In this document: positions 12,208 to 26,079 of the stretch, one piece after another
Layout: the number at the start of each line of letters is the position of its first letter
Position numbering within the stretch: the stretch's first letter is position 1
Assembly (NCBI GenBank): GCA_013115125.1
Contig: JABANN010000211.1
Coordinates: 1-52,816 of the forward strand
Direction of reading: 5' to 3'
From: Perkinsus olseni
Taxonomy: Eukaryota
Length of the DNA: 52,816 nucleotides
Made by a program: the position numbers and the translations under genes
Notes under the pieces: model-generated
Seen by the model: the letters and a program-made list of their open reading frames with translations, nothing else
Databases searched by the model: none
What the model was told of the DNA's origin: nothing

Positions 12208-13231
12208 CTAGCGCCTGTGAGGCCGGGCCTCGACCAATGAGCCAAGAAAAAGAAAAAGGAGGGAAGAATTCACCGACCTGTCGCTACTACTTCGTAGGCT
12301 TCGTACTAATAGGGAAATCGTATTACTTGCGTTTCGCATGTCAAAAACGAGCGCACAGTGCATACCACTCACCTCGAACTTGCTGGGGCAGGTGAAGGAG
12401 CAGGAACCCAGAGCCATTGCCCTCATCCGACCCTCCCCTTCATCATCTCCCGGACGATGGGAGTCAGTGCGTGACAGCCTATCGGCATGCTGCGACGGCG
12501 ATGCATCCCCCAGGACGTCTCCAATATCCTCGGCCGTGACGTCGATGGCCTCGGTCGCCCTCAACTGCACCGAAGATGGCACTTCATTCCGCAGCACCAA
12601 GTAGGGGGACTGAGGGAAAGACGGGTGAGAAAGGACGAAGAGGTCGAACTGTTGCGGCAGCAGCAGCACCTCTTCGAAGGCGATGGCCTTCATGAATTGA
12701 CCACAACGCAGCGGCCAGAATCGGTGGCCCTCGGCTTGGCGTTCCACGGCATACTCGAGTGACGTCCTCGACGTTCCGGTGTAAACAGTCGGATCATCGA
12801 AGACTTCGCCGTCCACAGCGAAGCCGTCGAAGAGGAGGAGGCCTGTATCCTTCCAGACCGAAGCCAGCACTCGCCGCAGACGCCTGAGGTGAGCGGGAGT
12901 GCCCCATCGTCACCACCAGCGAGGACAGTACTCACCGACAGGTCAGTGCCATAGAATTGAGGGAGCGGAAGCCCAGGCAAAGGCCGACCGTATGGATGGC
13001 CTCTGCCGGGAGCTCTCTCATGCAGTCGCACCCCTTCCACTGTTCTCTTATCACCAACTCTCGAGCCCTCTGTAAAAGCTCCGCCACGCTGTCCTCAGGG
13101 AGGCCCTTGACGACCCCGAGTAGAGTGGCAGCCAACGCATCGCTGGCCGCATTCTCATCGTCCAAGAGAGAACATCGTACAGGGCGACTGCTACCACCGG
13201 ACGAGGCAGTAGCAGCAATGGAGGGCTGCAT
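12208..13231 (-). CDS. Putative F-box-like protein
   Basis: MRELPAEAIHTVGLCLGFRSLNSMALTC|R..W fits the F-box pattern (LP.E....I...L....L......C..W). A long downstream exon lies in ORF 12208-12870; 3' end uncertain. Confidence 0.5.
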
Positions 13232-13365
13232 GTAAAGTCAACTGTCCACGGACCACCCTCGACTCCAGCAGGCAGTATCCCGGTATCAACGCAAGCCGCT
13301 AGAGGGAAGACATCGTCACATTGATGATGGAAGTCACATGGCGAGGAGGGGGAGGGCATCGTCCC

Positions 13366-14206
13366 TCACACTTTGACGTAGCGCTTGAATTGGAAGCCCG
13401 TCTGGTCTGAGAGAAAACGGCCAACGACTGGCTCCCCGAGGCTGGTTGATTGCTTCGACCAGAGCGGAGACGTAGCGATACCAAGTCCATCGGAAGGCTC
13501 CCCCGCATCACTATAGCTACTCCCCTACGTTACCCTTGGTCCACCTCCTCCTGTACGCTTCCAGCTCTTCCCCTTGCAGCCCTATCGTACGTGCACCTGT
13601 ACTGACGACGATGCACTCAGCACGATGGCGAGGCTCTCACTCTTGGATCGTTCAATCGTCCTCACCATGGGGTCGCGGAAGGAGTCCCTAGACGTTGAAG
13701 CGAGATCAGGGTCATACCGACAGGCCCCACCCAACAGGTCACTTGCCGGGGTTGACGTCAGGAGGCGCTGCAGAGGACAAGCTCAGATGCAGAGACGAGC
13801 GGTCAGACTCTCCTCCAGTACAGCAACAACAACCACCCTCTAAATGGTGCATGGCACTGTACTTGCTAACGCCGTCCACAGCACGAGGCCCACCGTAATC
13901 TCACCTTGAGCTCCTCCTCCCTGAGACTGCGCTGTCGTCTGCTGATGCCTAGCCCCTCCTCCGCGAGGTGCTTGCTTGTGGTAACGTAAGTCCTCGAGTT
14001 TGGGTTGGGCAGTAACAGAGCAGATTCCGAGAAGTACCCCTGGCCGTACCTGCAGCCTTGCGATTCAGCCTTGCCGCCGAGGGCCCACTCGTCTACCTTC
14101 CCCTTTGGTGAGGGGCATGGCGCTCCTCCTGCCAGTTGCCCAATAGGGTGGCACAGTCGTACAGGTTGCTGTACAGAGGAAGCCGAGGTTGACTCTGGGA
14201 AGCCAT
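13366..14206 (-). CDS. Putative ciliary microtubule inner protein (NWE-motif, CFAP95/CFAP107/CFAP68-like)
   Basis: N-terminus MASQSQPRLPLYSNLYDCATLLGNWQEERH carries the GNWxEER motif. Later exons give YVTTS, STSRDSFRDP and ELEAYRRRWTKG. Confidence 0.55.
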
Positions 14207-14356
14207 AAGATGGTGCTGTTATGTCGCGAAGGCGAATGGGGAGGCAGAAGCTGCTCGACAGCAATGTAAAGGATCCACCAACTCAACAGCGGGGACTTAG
14301 TAGAAACAGTTAAACGGGAGCGGTAAGGACGTTGGTGAATGATAATGACGCTGAAC

Positions 14357-16692
14357 TTAGGCCATGACTTGCAGGTCGAATATCTTGATACAGTTATCAT
14401 CACCCGCTGAGATCACTCGGAACCACCCCTCTTCAAAGCCTGGCACGCACAGGACCTGAAGAGCGACTATCTACGGCAAGGCCCCCACCATCACCGTCAC
14501 TACGTCTAGTATCTGCTCCTGATGGCCGAGACACTTCGACAAGATCTCCCCAGTGAGACCATTGACGACCTCTACTACACCATCTGTCTGTCCCACAGCC
14601 ACTACGGGGAGGCCGAGGGGATGCCAGGCAAGTCTAGTAGCACCAGAAGTCAGCGTCACTTGGTGCCGAGGACCGGACTGAAAAGGAGACGAGACGCCGA
14701 GCTGCCATCATCAGTCGTAGCACGAGACACGAAGTTCTCATGGCAACCCTAGGTAGTACCCCTCTGGCCAGCAGCTTCGACGCCTCGTATATTAACAGCT
14801 TGCCCTTGAGGTCGCCAGCTGCTAGTAGTATCGGGGATGGCTGGGCGGCGGCAGTGCCAGGGGACATGGCCTTACTGAAGGCCAAGGCTTCAACACTGTA
14901 GGCATCCTCTGGGGATGCCCCCTCGTCCGTGGCCGCCGACTGACCGGCGATACGGACGTCTGAGGTGCCTCGCAGTTGGCCCAACAGCTTCCCTGTCTCC
15001 AACTGCACCAACTGAGAGGGATAACCAAATGTCCCTCCCAGGAATTGAACCAGGGACGCTCGGATGACATACTTTAACATCTCCATCGATCGTACCGACC
15101 ACCGCCACTGGACTGCTGCCAGCCTCTGGTGGCATCAGAGCCATCGAGACTATACCGCCCTCTGCAGCACGAAACGAGGTGTGGCCCCTCGGGGGAAATC
15201 GCCAGCAGTCATTCCCACCTGGGACCTCTTCTTCCATGTCAACATCACCGTCTTGCTGCCTCTGTCGTTGACTTCTCTGCAACTCCTCCTCATTCGTACG
15301 GCAGGACGCAGCAATGGCACCTAGCGCCCTTCATATGAGGTCCCGGGTTCGATTCCCATACCCCGCTACTACCAGTCCTAGGGTTCCACACCGCCACTAC
15401 TCCATCTAATCCCGCCGTCACCACAGCCTTCCCATCTATCGAGAAGCTCCCGCAATTGACAGCAGCCCCATGGGCTCCAGCGAAGACCTGACCAAAATCA
15501 GACAGCGATTTTTGTGGCGCGTGAAGCTGAGCCCAGCCGTGTCACCTGCATGACATTGCCGCCTCCACTAGACTTTCCCGCCCACCACATCCAGGCTGTT
15601 CCATCCTGGCTGCCAGCGCAGACAGCATGGCCCTTGGGATGCCACGACACCCACTCGACACCCTCACCGGGGCCCTCTAGGGACAGCATCGGGGTGGAAC
15701 AATCTAAGTATGGTGACAAGATACTCGCGTAAGATTCCTTGCAATCGGGCATCTCTCAACTTGGCGCGAGTGGTAGTACCTCCAGTTTCGGCCATCAGCT
15801 TGGCTACTTCCCAGACCTTAACGGTACCGTCATAACTACCAGTGGCAAGGAGCTCTCCATCAGAACTGAATGCCACTGACACTACACTGTCCGTGTGGCC
15901 TGAGGAGCAGCGTCGTCACGCGACAATTCGGCCGATGGCAATGACCGTGCCTCTCAGTCAACTATAAAGACAGCGTGGCTACCAATACGATGCACTACCT
16001 CTGAGGATTCGGAGGGGTTCCACTGAACCCGGCCTTATCCGCAGAAGCTCCGCAGTGTCATTTTGAAGGCCCTGGAGAAGACCGATAGGAGGTGCCGTGG
16101 CGTCACACTACGTACCACAGCCACAATTGTGTGGTCCTTAGGGTTGGCTGCCAGGCACAAGGCGGCATCGGTGAAGGGGTAGGTGATGGAACAGTTGTCG
16201 CGTTCCTCTTCCTCGTCAGCAGCCTCGAGCAAGTCCGCGGCCACTCCCGCCCTCTCATCCGCGGCCACCTGCTCCGAAAAGTAAAATTCCCCCGGTGAAT
16301 CATTATGTCCCCCAGCGTTCATCGTTCTACGCAGGGTCCCGGGCGGTACCGAAGGGAACGCGCTAGGAAGCCCTTTTTTCAGTGCTGAGTGAATTCTGTC
16401 AAGCTCCGGTACCGGTCCATCTGTAACGGCTCGCTACACGCCCACCCCCACATAACCGCAATGGAAGTTGACTATGGGCAGCATCATTATACGCCTAACT
16501 GCCCGCAAGCAGGAGGAGCAGGGAAGATTGAAACGGCGCGTCGTGCAGTACCTCGGCCGAGTCATCCACTCCCTCCCCTAGGTCTATACAGTCATCAGGA
16601 TTGATGTAGATGTCCTCCTGTTCCTGCTGTTCCTCATCACCCTGTCGGGCATCGGAGGCATCCTTATCGGGGGTACTGGGGGGAATCGACAT
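14357..16692 (-). CDS. WD40 protein, AAMP/Sqt1-like (Rpl10 chaperone family)
   Basis: Acidic N-terminus; [101 protein letters not shown]. Confidence 0.85.
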
Positions 16693-17738
16693 TCGAGTAC
16701 GTTAATAATCAACCTTCACCAACCATCAAGTGGTCAGCCACCATTCGGACATCACTAGCTCTCACTGGTGTCAATGGTGGGGGAAATGAAGATTCTATGC
16801 AGAGGTGCGGTACACTGGAGAATCTGCAATGTTCCACCAGGGACGCGACGCGAAATCAAATCGATTACAATGGCGAGCGCGAGATCATTTTCGTGAATCA
16901 TGCGCCGTCGCTTGGCATCGATCACGCTATTTTCCCTCGGCAGTATGTGTTATTGAATTGCTGGCGATGATGAATCAACCCATTATCTTGCTATTACCAC
17001 CGCAGAGGTATCAGTGAAGTTACACGGTTGTATCTGACGCCATGTGAATGTCTAAGCCCTATGATGACAAGAGATTTATTGACAGTATTTTACCGAGTCC
17101 TCCTGGTGGGGAGCTGCGGATCAAACAATTCTTTGGCTGTGTCTGAGGTTCCGCAACGAAAAACGCTCGTGATGAAAACTAGCGCTCACTGACTGCGGTT
17201 TAACCACCGTGGTGTGATAACTGGAGGTTGCCGTTATTACACTTTGGCGCCTCCAGTCGCGCAGGGGTACTGACAGAGCTGATCAGGATGGGTGACTGCA
17301 GTGGATTTAACCGTTACGATCCGTCAGTGGGTGTCCACGGTCTACTACGCTGCAACAGCGGTGGTGAGAGAATCTTTACCTTACGGATGTTCGGTTGTTC
17401 GTTTCGGTGACAAGCACTCTCGCATAGCTCGTTGGCGTTGCTAAAAAGTGATGATTTTTTAAATAATGAGAATAGGTCGAATCTTAATCGATCTTTCGAG
17501 ATGTCGATACCCTTTAGCCCGGCTGAGTTAGCAACGCAGTAATCAATCATATTTGTCTTAATAGTGCAGTATTGTCTCGTCTCCAGGGATTGCGAATCGT
17601 AGATAGTCAAAAGCGATAGAGCTCTCCGAATGGAGAAGTGCGTGGCGGAGTTTTCGGTCGCTAGCGAGCGTGCGAGGCCCACGCTGGAGGCCAAGAACGG
17701 TCGCTCTAGTGCTATCAGATTTCTCTTTGCTTTCCTTC

Positions 17739-18170
17739 ATGGCTGAGGTTGGCAAAAGCAGCAGCACACCTTATTCAGCCGAGCAGGGAGGTGCTCTCCC
17801 TCACGACGTCCTCGGGCCACCCGTTCATCAATCAGGTGCCGAACGGCCGTCCACAACCTCGCAGGAGGCATCAGCAACCACCGAACAGTCCAACCAAGAG
17901 CTCACAGCCTTCGTCTCAAATCTACTGAAGGAAATGGTGCGCCTCTACCGGCTTCGCTCCGCTGTCACCACCATCGCCATCAGCAAACCCGCTTTCAAAG
18001 CATGTCCGATACTATCGTCGGACGTATCGATGATATGACCAATCGCGTCGATGAGCTGGAAAGGAACATCCAGGAGCTAGCTAACAAGGTGGCGATGCTG
18101 GCCCAACTGTCCTAGCTCGTCATCCGTCACTCAGACCTCCTCCAACGATCTCTCTGTGGATGATAGATGA
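17739..18170 (+). CDS. HSBP1: Heat shock factor-binding protein 1
   Basis: ELTAFVSNLLKEM|QTRFQSMSDTIVGRIDDMTNRVDELERNIQEL is the HSBP1 signature; short GT-AG introns. Confidence 0.92.
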
Positions 18171-18282
18171 GACCCTCATGACATCGGCAATTAATTTCAT
18201 CTCTGTCGCATCTTTTGAGTTCTCCAGTCCACTCAACTCTTAACGCAAAGCCATCAATATTCAAAAATTAACAGCACAGAAA

Positions 18283-21157
18283 CTATAGCGTCTCTCCGGG
18301 CCTGGCCAGCTGCGCCTCTCCTTTGGCCCTCTCAGCGGGATCGGCAGAGTACTTCTGATCGGCCTTCTCGTGTACTGCCGCCATTCGCAGCCACTCTCGC
18401 CGCTCTGCAGCCTCTTGCAAAGCCAGCTGCTCCGTCTGATCAAAGCTGGACTAACCATCACCCTCATGCAGTTCGAAGCCTCACGTATTTGGCGGAGGTG
18501 GTGGCAGCGGACTTGTACATCACGTATAAAGGCAAGACGGTTGCTACGACCACCGTCGCCGCCCACTTCAACTTCTCCTGGAAGTCCATCCTGAACACGA
18601 CCACCAGACTCAACCGGGCAACTGCCTGGTCATTCTGGTCTCACAGCTCCATGTCTTCATCACTAGCCCTCATCCGTCTGCGCCTTCTCCTTTCACTAGG
18701 TGTTTCCTTGGCCGAGCAGAACCCCGCCGCAGCCACGACGCGTAGGCTTTCCCTTCGACAAACAGGAGGAACAACACGCCGCAGACCAAAACCAAGCAGC
18801 ATCCACCGGGCAACTGCTGGACGTCGCTTGTCTATCATTGAACGCTCAACGCGACTGGGGTACTGCAGAAACCATTACTAATCAGAAACATGGTCAGCAG
18901 CGCACACGTGCCAGTCGTCTCTCAAGCCTCCGCTTTCGGCGTGTCCATCCGCCCTTCGCTGAGCTGAGGGCCTGGACACACCGGACCCACTCTGCCGGGC
19001 CAAGGTCGCCCTTACGCTCGGGCAAGTGATTGGCCAGTAGCCTGAGAGCCCTCCCGCTCCCTCGCATAGCACCCCAGGCAACACACAGGGAGACTAAAGC
19101 GCCGGGAGGAATGGCCTCTCGCAAGGGAACTGTGTACGGCAAATTAAGAATGAACACCGTATGGCGTTCCAAGCCAGCAACGATACCGGTCCGCCACTCC
19201 GAGGCGGGAAGGTGTCTGAGGACGATCAGACCACATCACAGTAGACTTCTACATGATCCTTACTTCACGCCTGATAGCACTCGGGCCAAGTCAATCGGTA
19301 GAGTCCGCTTGACGGCCTCGTTGGTCATCAGCCTGGCTAGTGCTGGCTCTAATACTGTCCTAGCATCAACCTCGGATACTAGTCGAGTACGATAGAGGGA
19401 CCCCACCGACTGGATGACTATGCACAGATCGCGATGGGAGAAGCGGTCGACCTGAAGCGCAGGGCTGCCGCCAAGGCCAGCCGATGGTCGCTACCTACTC
19501 GGGACACAGCCGCTGATACCAGGACTCCCGCAAAGTCCTCCGCCCTAGCTCTGTCAGTGAGCCTTCGCGGCAGGCCTCGATGCCTCTCCCGAAAGCCAAG
19601 GCCACAACCGTCGGCCGCAGCGGAGCGGACAACAAGCGCCAACTGAGGAGGACCAGGGTCAGATGATGCATCCTAGGCTGAGCCTGACGTTACCTTATGG
19701 GCAGTAAGGTTGAACACCTCCCTTGTGAAGTGGGGAGGGGACAGATGCCACAGTATCGGTGTTGACGACAGGGGATACACAGGGTACTTAGGCATACTCG
19801 ACTGGACCACTTCATCATACCGGGCTGCCCTCCGACTTTCGCCCCTGGCCAACGCCTCCGAGCCCTCAGGAACCCTGGCCTGTACCGTGAGAGTAGATGC
19901 ATGAGCGTCGGACATGGATTGCAGCAGCACTGGTTTGGGGTCCTTCATGGGGCTCAGCGAAGCCTGTTCTTGCGCCGCCAATGACGTCGAGTCTCTGAGG
20001 ACCTCACCAAGTAGCTTGCGCGTGGCCCTGCTGACCTGAGCAGCCTGCAGCAGGCTCTCCATCCTCGACACTGTTGCCTCAGGGGGCCCGAGGGACGCCA
20101 TCTTGACAGCAGCAGCATTCCACCAACCCTCGGCTACACCATACCGACTCAAAGGCAGCAGCAATCGGCATACTTCCTCAAGGGTTCTGCTGTCCATCAA
20201 GGGCACGGCGCGCGGCAGAAAATTGCCGAGGGGCGCCGCCAGGCCGGCGGCTACTTTTCGCGGCAATTGGGATACAACCTTCAACAAGGCCAATTGACCG
20301 GCCATACCGAACTCGCCGTCGGGGCAGCGAGCGAACTCCCTCAGGTGCACCTCCAGGCCGAACTTGATGAGATGCCAGTCCTCGCAGTACACCGCCATGT
20401 CAGTGGTCAGGAGGTAGTGTATAGTCGCGAGGGGAAGCTCGGCACACCTCCGACCGATGTAGCGGCCGAGCACCCGCCACAAAACCGGGGGCAGATCCGA
20501 CCGGTCCTGCATCCGACCGGCGAGGACCTCAAGCCCATCGGCGGTGATGCCTCGAAGCCTCTGCCGAAAGGTGTATGCTAAGGACTCGTCGCTCGGACAA
20601 TCTTGCTTCGCTTGCATCTCCTTAGAGTTCCTCAACGTGATGCTATCAGATTCGGCCGTCGATGAAAGCAACGGGTACTGTACGCTGTGTCCCTCATCTA
20701 TACACGGCAGCACCCTAACCTTCGGCGGCGGCAAGAGCTTGTTCGGTCTGAGGGTGGGGTGCGGCCCTGGATGGGCGGAGACCGACCGGACCTGACAACC
20801 ACGACTGAGCCGTCAACAACAACCTCGCCACTAAGTCCTCACCACTTGCATGACATCACCATCGAAGAAGCCAGGCATTGGGCCGAGGTAGAATGCTGGT
20901 CGCTCTGGCGTTGACAAGACGTGGCCTTTGAAGCAGTTGGAGGACACTGACTAGGAACAATTCACAACGCTTGACTTGGGAGCCAGCGCCACACCCCAGA
21001 GCATCTTCTGAGGCTTGTGTTCCCAGCGTATCTTCACCAGAGTCTTCTCACTCCGCACAGCCTCGAACTCGGCCTTGGCTCGAGCAAGCTCCTGTCGTCT
21101 CTGTACAACCGAAGGATGGGCAGCTCGGCCCTTTACGATCAGCTTTCGACCTGGCAT
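18283..21157 (-). CDS. Hypothetical helical protein(s), possibly one multi-exon gene
   Basis: A 353-aa exon ORF (19673-20734) links by GT-AG introns to an upstream basic N-terminus (MPGRKLIVKG..) and to downstream exons (HTVFILNLPY..). No confident domain. Confidence 0.5.
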
Positions 21158-21354
21158 CCTCGGGATGATGAAAAACTACCATCTTGCCGTCGATGCTAAC
21201 CCTGGACATGAAGACGATGCACACGTCCACAGCTACGACGGAAAACACCTTGACCGTTGAAGGGCGTAAAAACTCAACAGGTTCCATCAAAAACATATAC
21301 AAAATGCATAACACTGAAAAATTCTATAGTCGTGACAAGTCTCGATGCTGATAC

Positions 21355-22121
21355 TCATTCCCGTGACTCGGGCCTCAGCACAGGCAGTCTGGCGCTTCCC
21401 TGTGGCCTTAACATCAGCCACCACACGACGGCCACCACTGGCGTGAACGCAAGGTAGACGATGATGCAGAGCCCCATGCAAGAGGCGAAGGCTTGAAGGG
21501 CTCGGAGAACTGCCAAGAAGCCGTTACTCGCCTTGATGGCGCTCACGATAGAGTCGGGGTCACAGCCTGCAAACCTTGGGGGTGATACGAGAGCGCCTAA
21601 CGAAAGCGAATAGAATACGCAGGACCGACCGAGGCCTTACCAAGCCGCAGCCACAGAGGGATGAGTCCAATGCAGAGGGGAGTGCACAGTAAGTTGACGC
21701 CAAGGGCTATGGTAGATTGCGGCGCGTTGGGGCCTGAGGTGCTACTGGGGCGAGGGAGCTCGGTAGTTATCCTACACCATTTCGTCCATCTACTTCTGCG
21801 GAACATGACCAGGAAAGCGCCGAGTAACGCCGTACTCGTGCCGGGGATGGGAAAAATCCCAAACCAGAACCCTGAGGACATGGCTAAGTCGCATATCGCT
21901 GTGAACGCTTCACCTAGTAGAATGGCCGATCCCAAGTCCACCTTCTCCAGGCTCCTGGCCGGCATGACGAAGTTGAGGTTAAACCAGCGTTTGATCTGCT
22001 GCCCCCAGCTGAGCTCAGCAGCAGAAGCGTTGTTCGGGACGTCACCGGCAGGCATCTCGGATAGTACAACAGCAGGCGCAGGAGGAGAGGGAGGCGGAGG
22101 AGGAGATACAATGCCAGGCAT
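21355..22121 (-). CDS. Hypothetical multi-pass membrane protein
   Basis: Pro-rich N-terminus followed by several hydrophobic segments (AILLGEAFTAICDL, STALLGAFLVMF, IALGVNLLCTPLCIGLI, MGLCIIVYLAFTPVVAVVWWL). Confidence 0.6.
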
Positions 22122-22249
22122 GAAACTGACATGAGCGTCGCCACGGAAGCCCCCGCGACGAATGGCGGCGTCGCTCCGCCGATGAACGCGAGGCTCCGGG
22201 CAACAACAGGTAGTGGACTCTAGTAGCATGGCAACACGATAATGACGAT

Positions 22250-23255
22250 CATAACTCAGCCACGGTGACCTAACTTGCTCTTCCGGATTTGACCTTCAGC
22301 TGGGGACCGGCCTGGCAAGAAGCATCAAGGCCTGGACCAGGAGAGGTCTACCAGCAGTACCCCTCTCCTCAGGGCTCGCTGCCGAGGGTGACTGGGAAGG
22401 AGGCACACGAGGTCGGGTCCGTTCCTTCACTTTACGACGATGATGCTCATGACGTCGCGGCACCACCTGCAGCAGCAAGCCCCCATGAAGCACATCCGCC
22501 AATGCATGGCTAATGATGGCAGCCAGAGAAGGGGAATTATAAGTCTCGCGCTGACCTCTCTTGGAGCCTTCTCCGGACTGCGGTCACCTCCGTCGTCTCT
22601 CCTCGTCCGACCAATCTTCGTTTTCCTCTCTCTCCGCAGTGCGGTCTCCTTACCTCCATCAGCCGCCAAGACTGAGCACATCAAGCATGACAAACTGCTT
22701 CGAGAAACCCTCGGCCCTGACAGCCCCAACCAGCACTTACGCGCGTTCAATGACGCTCGTTTCAAGCGCTGCTTCTCGAGTATTTTCTGACGTCTCTCCA
22801 AAACCTTCTCATGCTTGCGCTGCCGGTACCATAACAGTAAATACCTACAGGGCTCCCTCACTCGAAGAAGCCACGGTCTGTCTCCTAGCTTTAAGGAGAC
22901 CACGACGGAATCGGCGACATCTAGCCCAAGAATCCAAGACAAATCCGGAAGAGTCGGGTTCCAGCGGGAACAGTCGCAAGGAGAACGATTGAGTCGCGGT
23001 GCCGACAAAGGCAAATCTTCTCGAGCAGGAGTGGGTTATCGAGGTGCCTCACGCGAATCCGAAGCCCAGGGCGAAGAGAGCCAACCACGTGAGGGAAATG
23101 GCCGTCCACGATGGGTAGTCCTCCGCTCGGGGAGGAGGAGGAGCTGCTGCAACAAGTATTGCCTGAAGGAGAGTGGCGGTACTTGGAGGCGTCGTGTCGG
23201 GGCTCACCTCAGTCGCCCGTAATCTCATGCTTGCTTCCTACGATCGAATTCCATT
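22250..23255 (-). CDS. Hypothetical basic coiled-coil protein
   Basis: Exons include RQRKHEKVLERRQKILEKQRLKRASLNAR with GT-AG boundaries; ends approximate. Confidence 0.4.
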
Positions 23256-23393
23256 AAGGTAAGACAAAGGGGCCTGCGAGCGATACTTCTTTCTCGACAG
23301 CTCCGTCAGACATCGTCCACCCTCGACCCGAATTGAAAGGAAATCAACATCCACTTCGTGGGTATGAAAACGTGCCTTTCGGTTTTATCAGTA

Positions 23394-25926
23394 TCAGTCG
23401 GCTGCCGACATCGGCGATGAGCGGATAGTGGAGGACTCGAGCACCCACGGACGTTCCTGATACCATCCATAGCCCATCAGATTGAGGACAACCCAACTTA
23501 CCCTGCCAGTCTCCGACACCCTGGATGCCGCAGAGAGACCTGAAGGAGACAGTACTGCACGTATATCAACGAGGGACTCACGTGTACGGCCATTGGCGGT
23601 AGAGGTTGTGCTCAGTCTCGGGGCCTTGCTGGGTTGACGGGGCTGCTCATGGTCGTCCCAAGTGGTGGGCAGGTCCTCTGGGAGGAAGGTGAGGATAACT
23701 CTGCCGCCCGTTGTGCTCACAACCAACGCCTGAGGAAGCCGCATCAATAACGGCAATCACTACCTACTCGCAGCAGAACGCCCCATGCTATAAATAATGA
23801 ATCTTAAACACAGCAGCAAAGTAAAACTGTACCACCTGTCCACAGCCACTTGGGGGAGCCAGATGCTCGTTGGAGCACAGCTGAAGGGAAGAGATCAGAC
23901 CCTCCTTGTTAGACAGACTCAAGGACCATTGGTAGAGAGGTCGCATACGCGCAGCAGGGAAGGGGCCACCACGAGCTGAGCACAAACCGATGGGGTGGTA
24001 TGTATCATGGTGGAAGAGGGTCACCTTCCTCCGGCCATTTCCACAGCGATAAAGTCCCGTTGTCGTTCGCTGTGCAGAGAACAGGCCTGCAAAGAAGGCG
24101 TCGAAGAGGCTCAGACTAAAGAGGAATCTTCACATTATCGCACCCAGTGGTGGAGCGTAAAGGTGTCGATCACTATGAGGCTACGCTCATTATGAATATC
24201 ACGATCTGCGTCTGCTCGACCTCAACCACTGCCCTACTGGCGACTCCGAGTCATCGACTCATCGTCATCGACTTAGTCGCGACTCATCACGGAAACACAG
24301 CTCTGCAGCATGCGTTATTATTATCCAACGCGAACAATCAAACTACGAGACCTTTCCCAGTAGCCAAATTCCTCAATCAGCCAGCGTACGACCATCCCTC
24401 CCTACTACCCTGTAGATCCCTCACTCGAAGCTAAGGTCGCCGCCGCCACCGATGACTCCGTGTAGACTAAAGGGGACACGAGTCGTACTACAAGCACGTG
24501 GAAGAGGCTTTCGCCCACTTATCGCCAGGTAGCGTAGTTTGCCTTCCTCTCCCTTCATCTCGAATCGGTAACACACAACCTCGCCCGTCTCCTGCATGAC
24601 CACCCCGAGGCAGCCGTGGCCAGATGCAGCCATGAAACTGAGCGAACGCGAAGCTCCCACTGGAAACAGAGGAAGGAGCCTTCTCGCCTTTACCAAGTCA
24701 TCTGCTCCGAGAACTCCTCAGGAGGCCGCTGAACCTACCCGAGCAAGGCAATCCCGCCCTGAGGACGCAGCCCTCGATAGTGCTTACAACCACTGCAGCA
24801 TCGTCAGCGTCCTCCTCAGCCAGGTCTACGAGGAGCACTTCTCCTCTAGTATTGCAAACAGCCAGCACGTCAGGAGCCACGAAGGCCACGTCGCATAAAG
24901 ACTGATCGAAGCAAGGGACTGTCCACCAATACGCCTCCGTCCTCTACTGTGCCAGGATGCTCCCCTCTCACCATAGGATTGGAGGTGTCGTTACCGAAGT
25001 CCGAGCACCGTAGTATATCGTACGTGGTGGTGCTCCAGACCATGAGCAGCCCTGACCGAGTGCAGGCGGCCAGCCTGGCCCCACTCCACGCCACTCCAGA
25101 GTAAGGGGAGCATGGCCTGAGTGACGGTATCTAGCATTCTCGACGAGTTCAAGGTCTTACGCGCCTCCACCAGAGCATCCTGGACCTGGTCGGAAGATGC
25201 CTGCTAGTTTGAAGCTCAGCCCTCGGTGACCTTCTCGTCGCCATAAACGCAGCTGGTCCGAGCTGACATACACGGATAGGTTCCCCTCCAGAAGCAATGC
25301 ATCAAGGACACCTCCCAGATACCAGCGGAGCGGAGTATGCTACAGTCGTGCTTGGCAGCGCCACACCCAACACAGCGCCACAAGGTGCTCGCAATTCTCC
25401 GCGAAAACACAAGCCAACCTCGGCCAGTACACCCATCGGTTCATCAACCCCGTCCCCCGCTTCACCGTCTACCAAGATATAAAGTCCTCCGACTCTTGCT
25501 TGACAGCGTTCCCTGGCGCCCAGAGTATTCTGCCAACCTGACCGCAACGCCATCCCTCAGTCCACTGCCATAATACTCACTTACAGGGAAGGGGTGTTCG
25601 ATGCTCTCCGACCTCACCAGCTGCTCCGTCGATGGATCGTACTCCATGACCTCAACAGCGTTCGCCCTGATGGATATAATAAAGTAGTGCAGCGGTCACC
25701 CCCAGTTCGACGCTCCCCACCTGTCCATCGACATAGTCCCCACTGCCACCACCATCCTGTCCTCAACCGCACCCCTCAGCAGCGAGTGGTGCCTCGGACG
25801 AGGTGGCCGCAGGGCTGTGCACTGCACGCACGCCCCTATCTCCACCTTCGCTTCACGAGCCATACTACTGTACCCAATCAATAACAACCACAACCTTGCT
25901 CCAGTCACAGCCCCAACCGAACGCAA
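23394..25926 (-). CDS. Hypothetical beta-propeller/WD40-like protein
   Basis: Exons with propeller-like blades (VAWSGARLAACTRSGLLMVW; VAFVAPDVLAVCNTRGEVLLVDL; LSFMAASGHGCLGVVMQETGEVVCY); ends approximate. Confidence 0.5.
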
Positions 25927-26079
25927 CCCGAGAGACTTCCACGTGGAGTGAAACCGTAGGCTTGTGCGCGTATTAATTACATACTGTTACGAGATCGAAA
26001 TACCGCTGAAATATACCTGGGAGAAGCGGGCAACTTGCTATCTCGTATTTCCTCAACGCAGTCAACAGGGCGCAGCACA

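Noticed and set aside
15338..15360. B-box-like GGTTCGATTCCC (similar words near 10638 and 38030)
   Set aside because: No cloverleaf or A box. The words lie in short introns or at splice acceptors and are probably chance.
16270..16550. Apparent ~280-nt ncRNA-hosting intron in the AAMP-like gene (GC-rich stretch followed by TTTTTT)
   Set aside because: Most of it can be read as in-frame exons continuous with ORF 16035-16322, and I see no complete snoRNA or SRP motifs.
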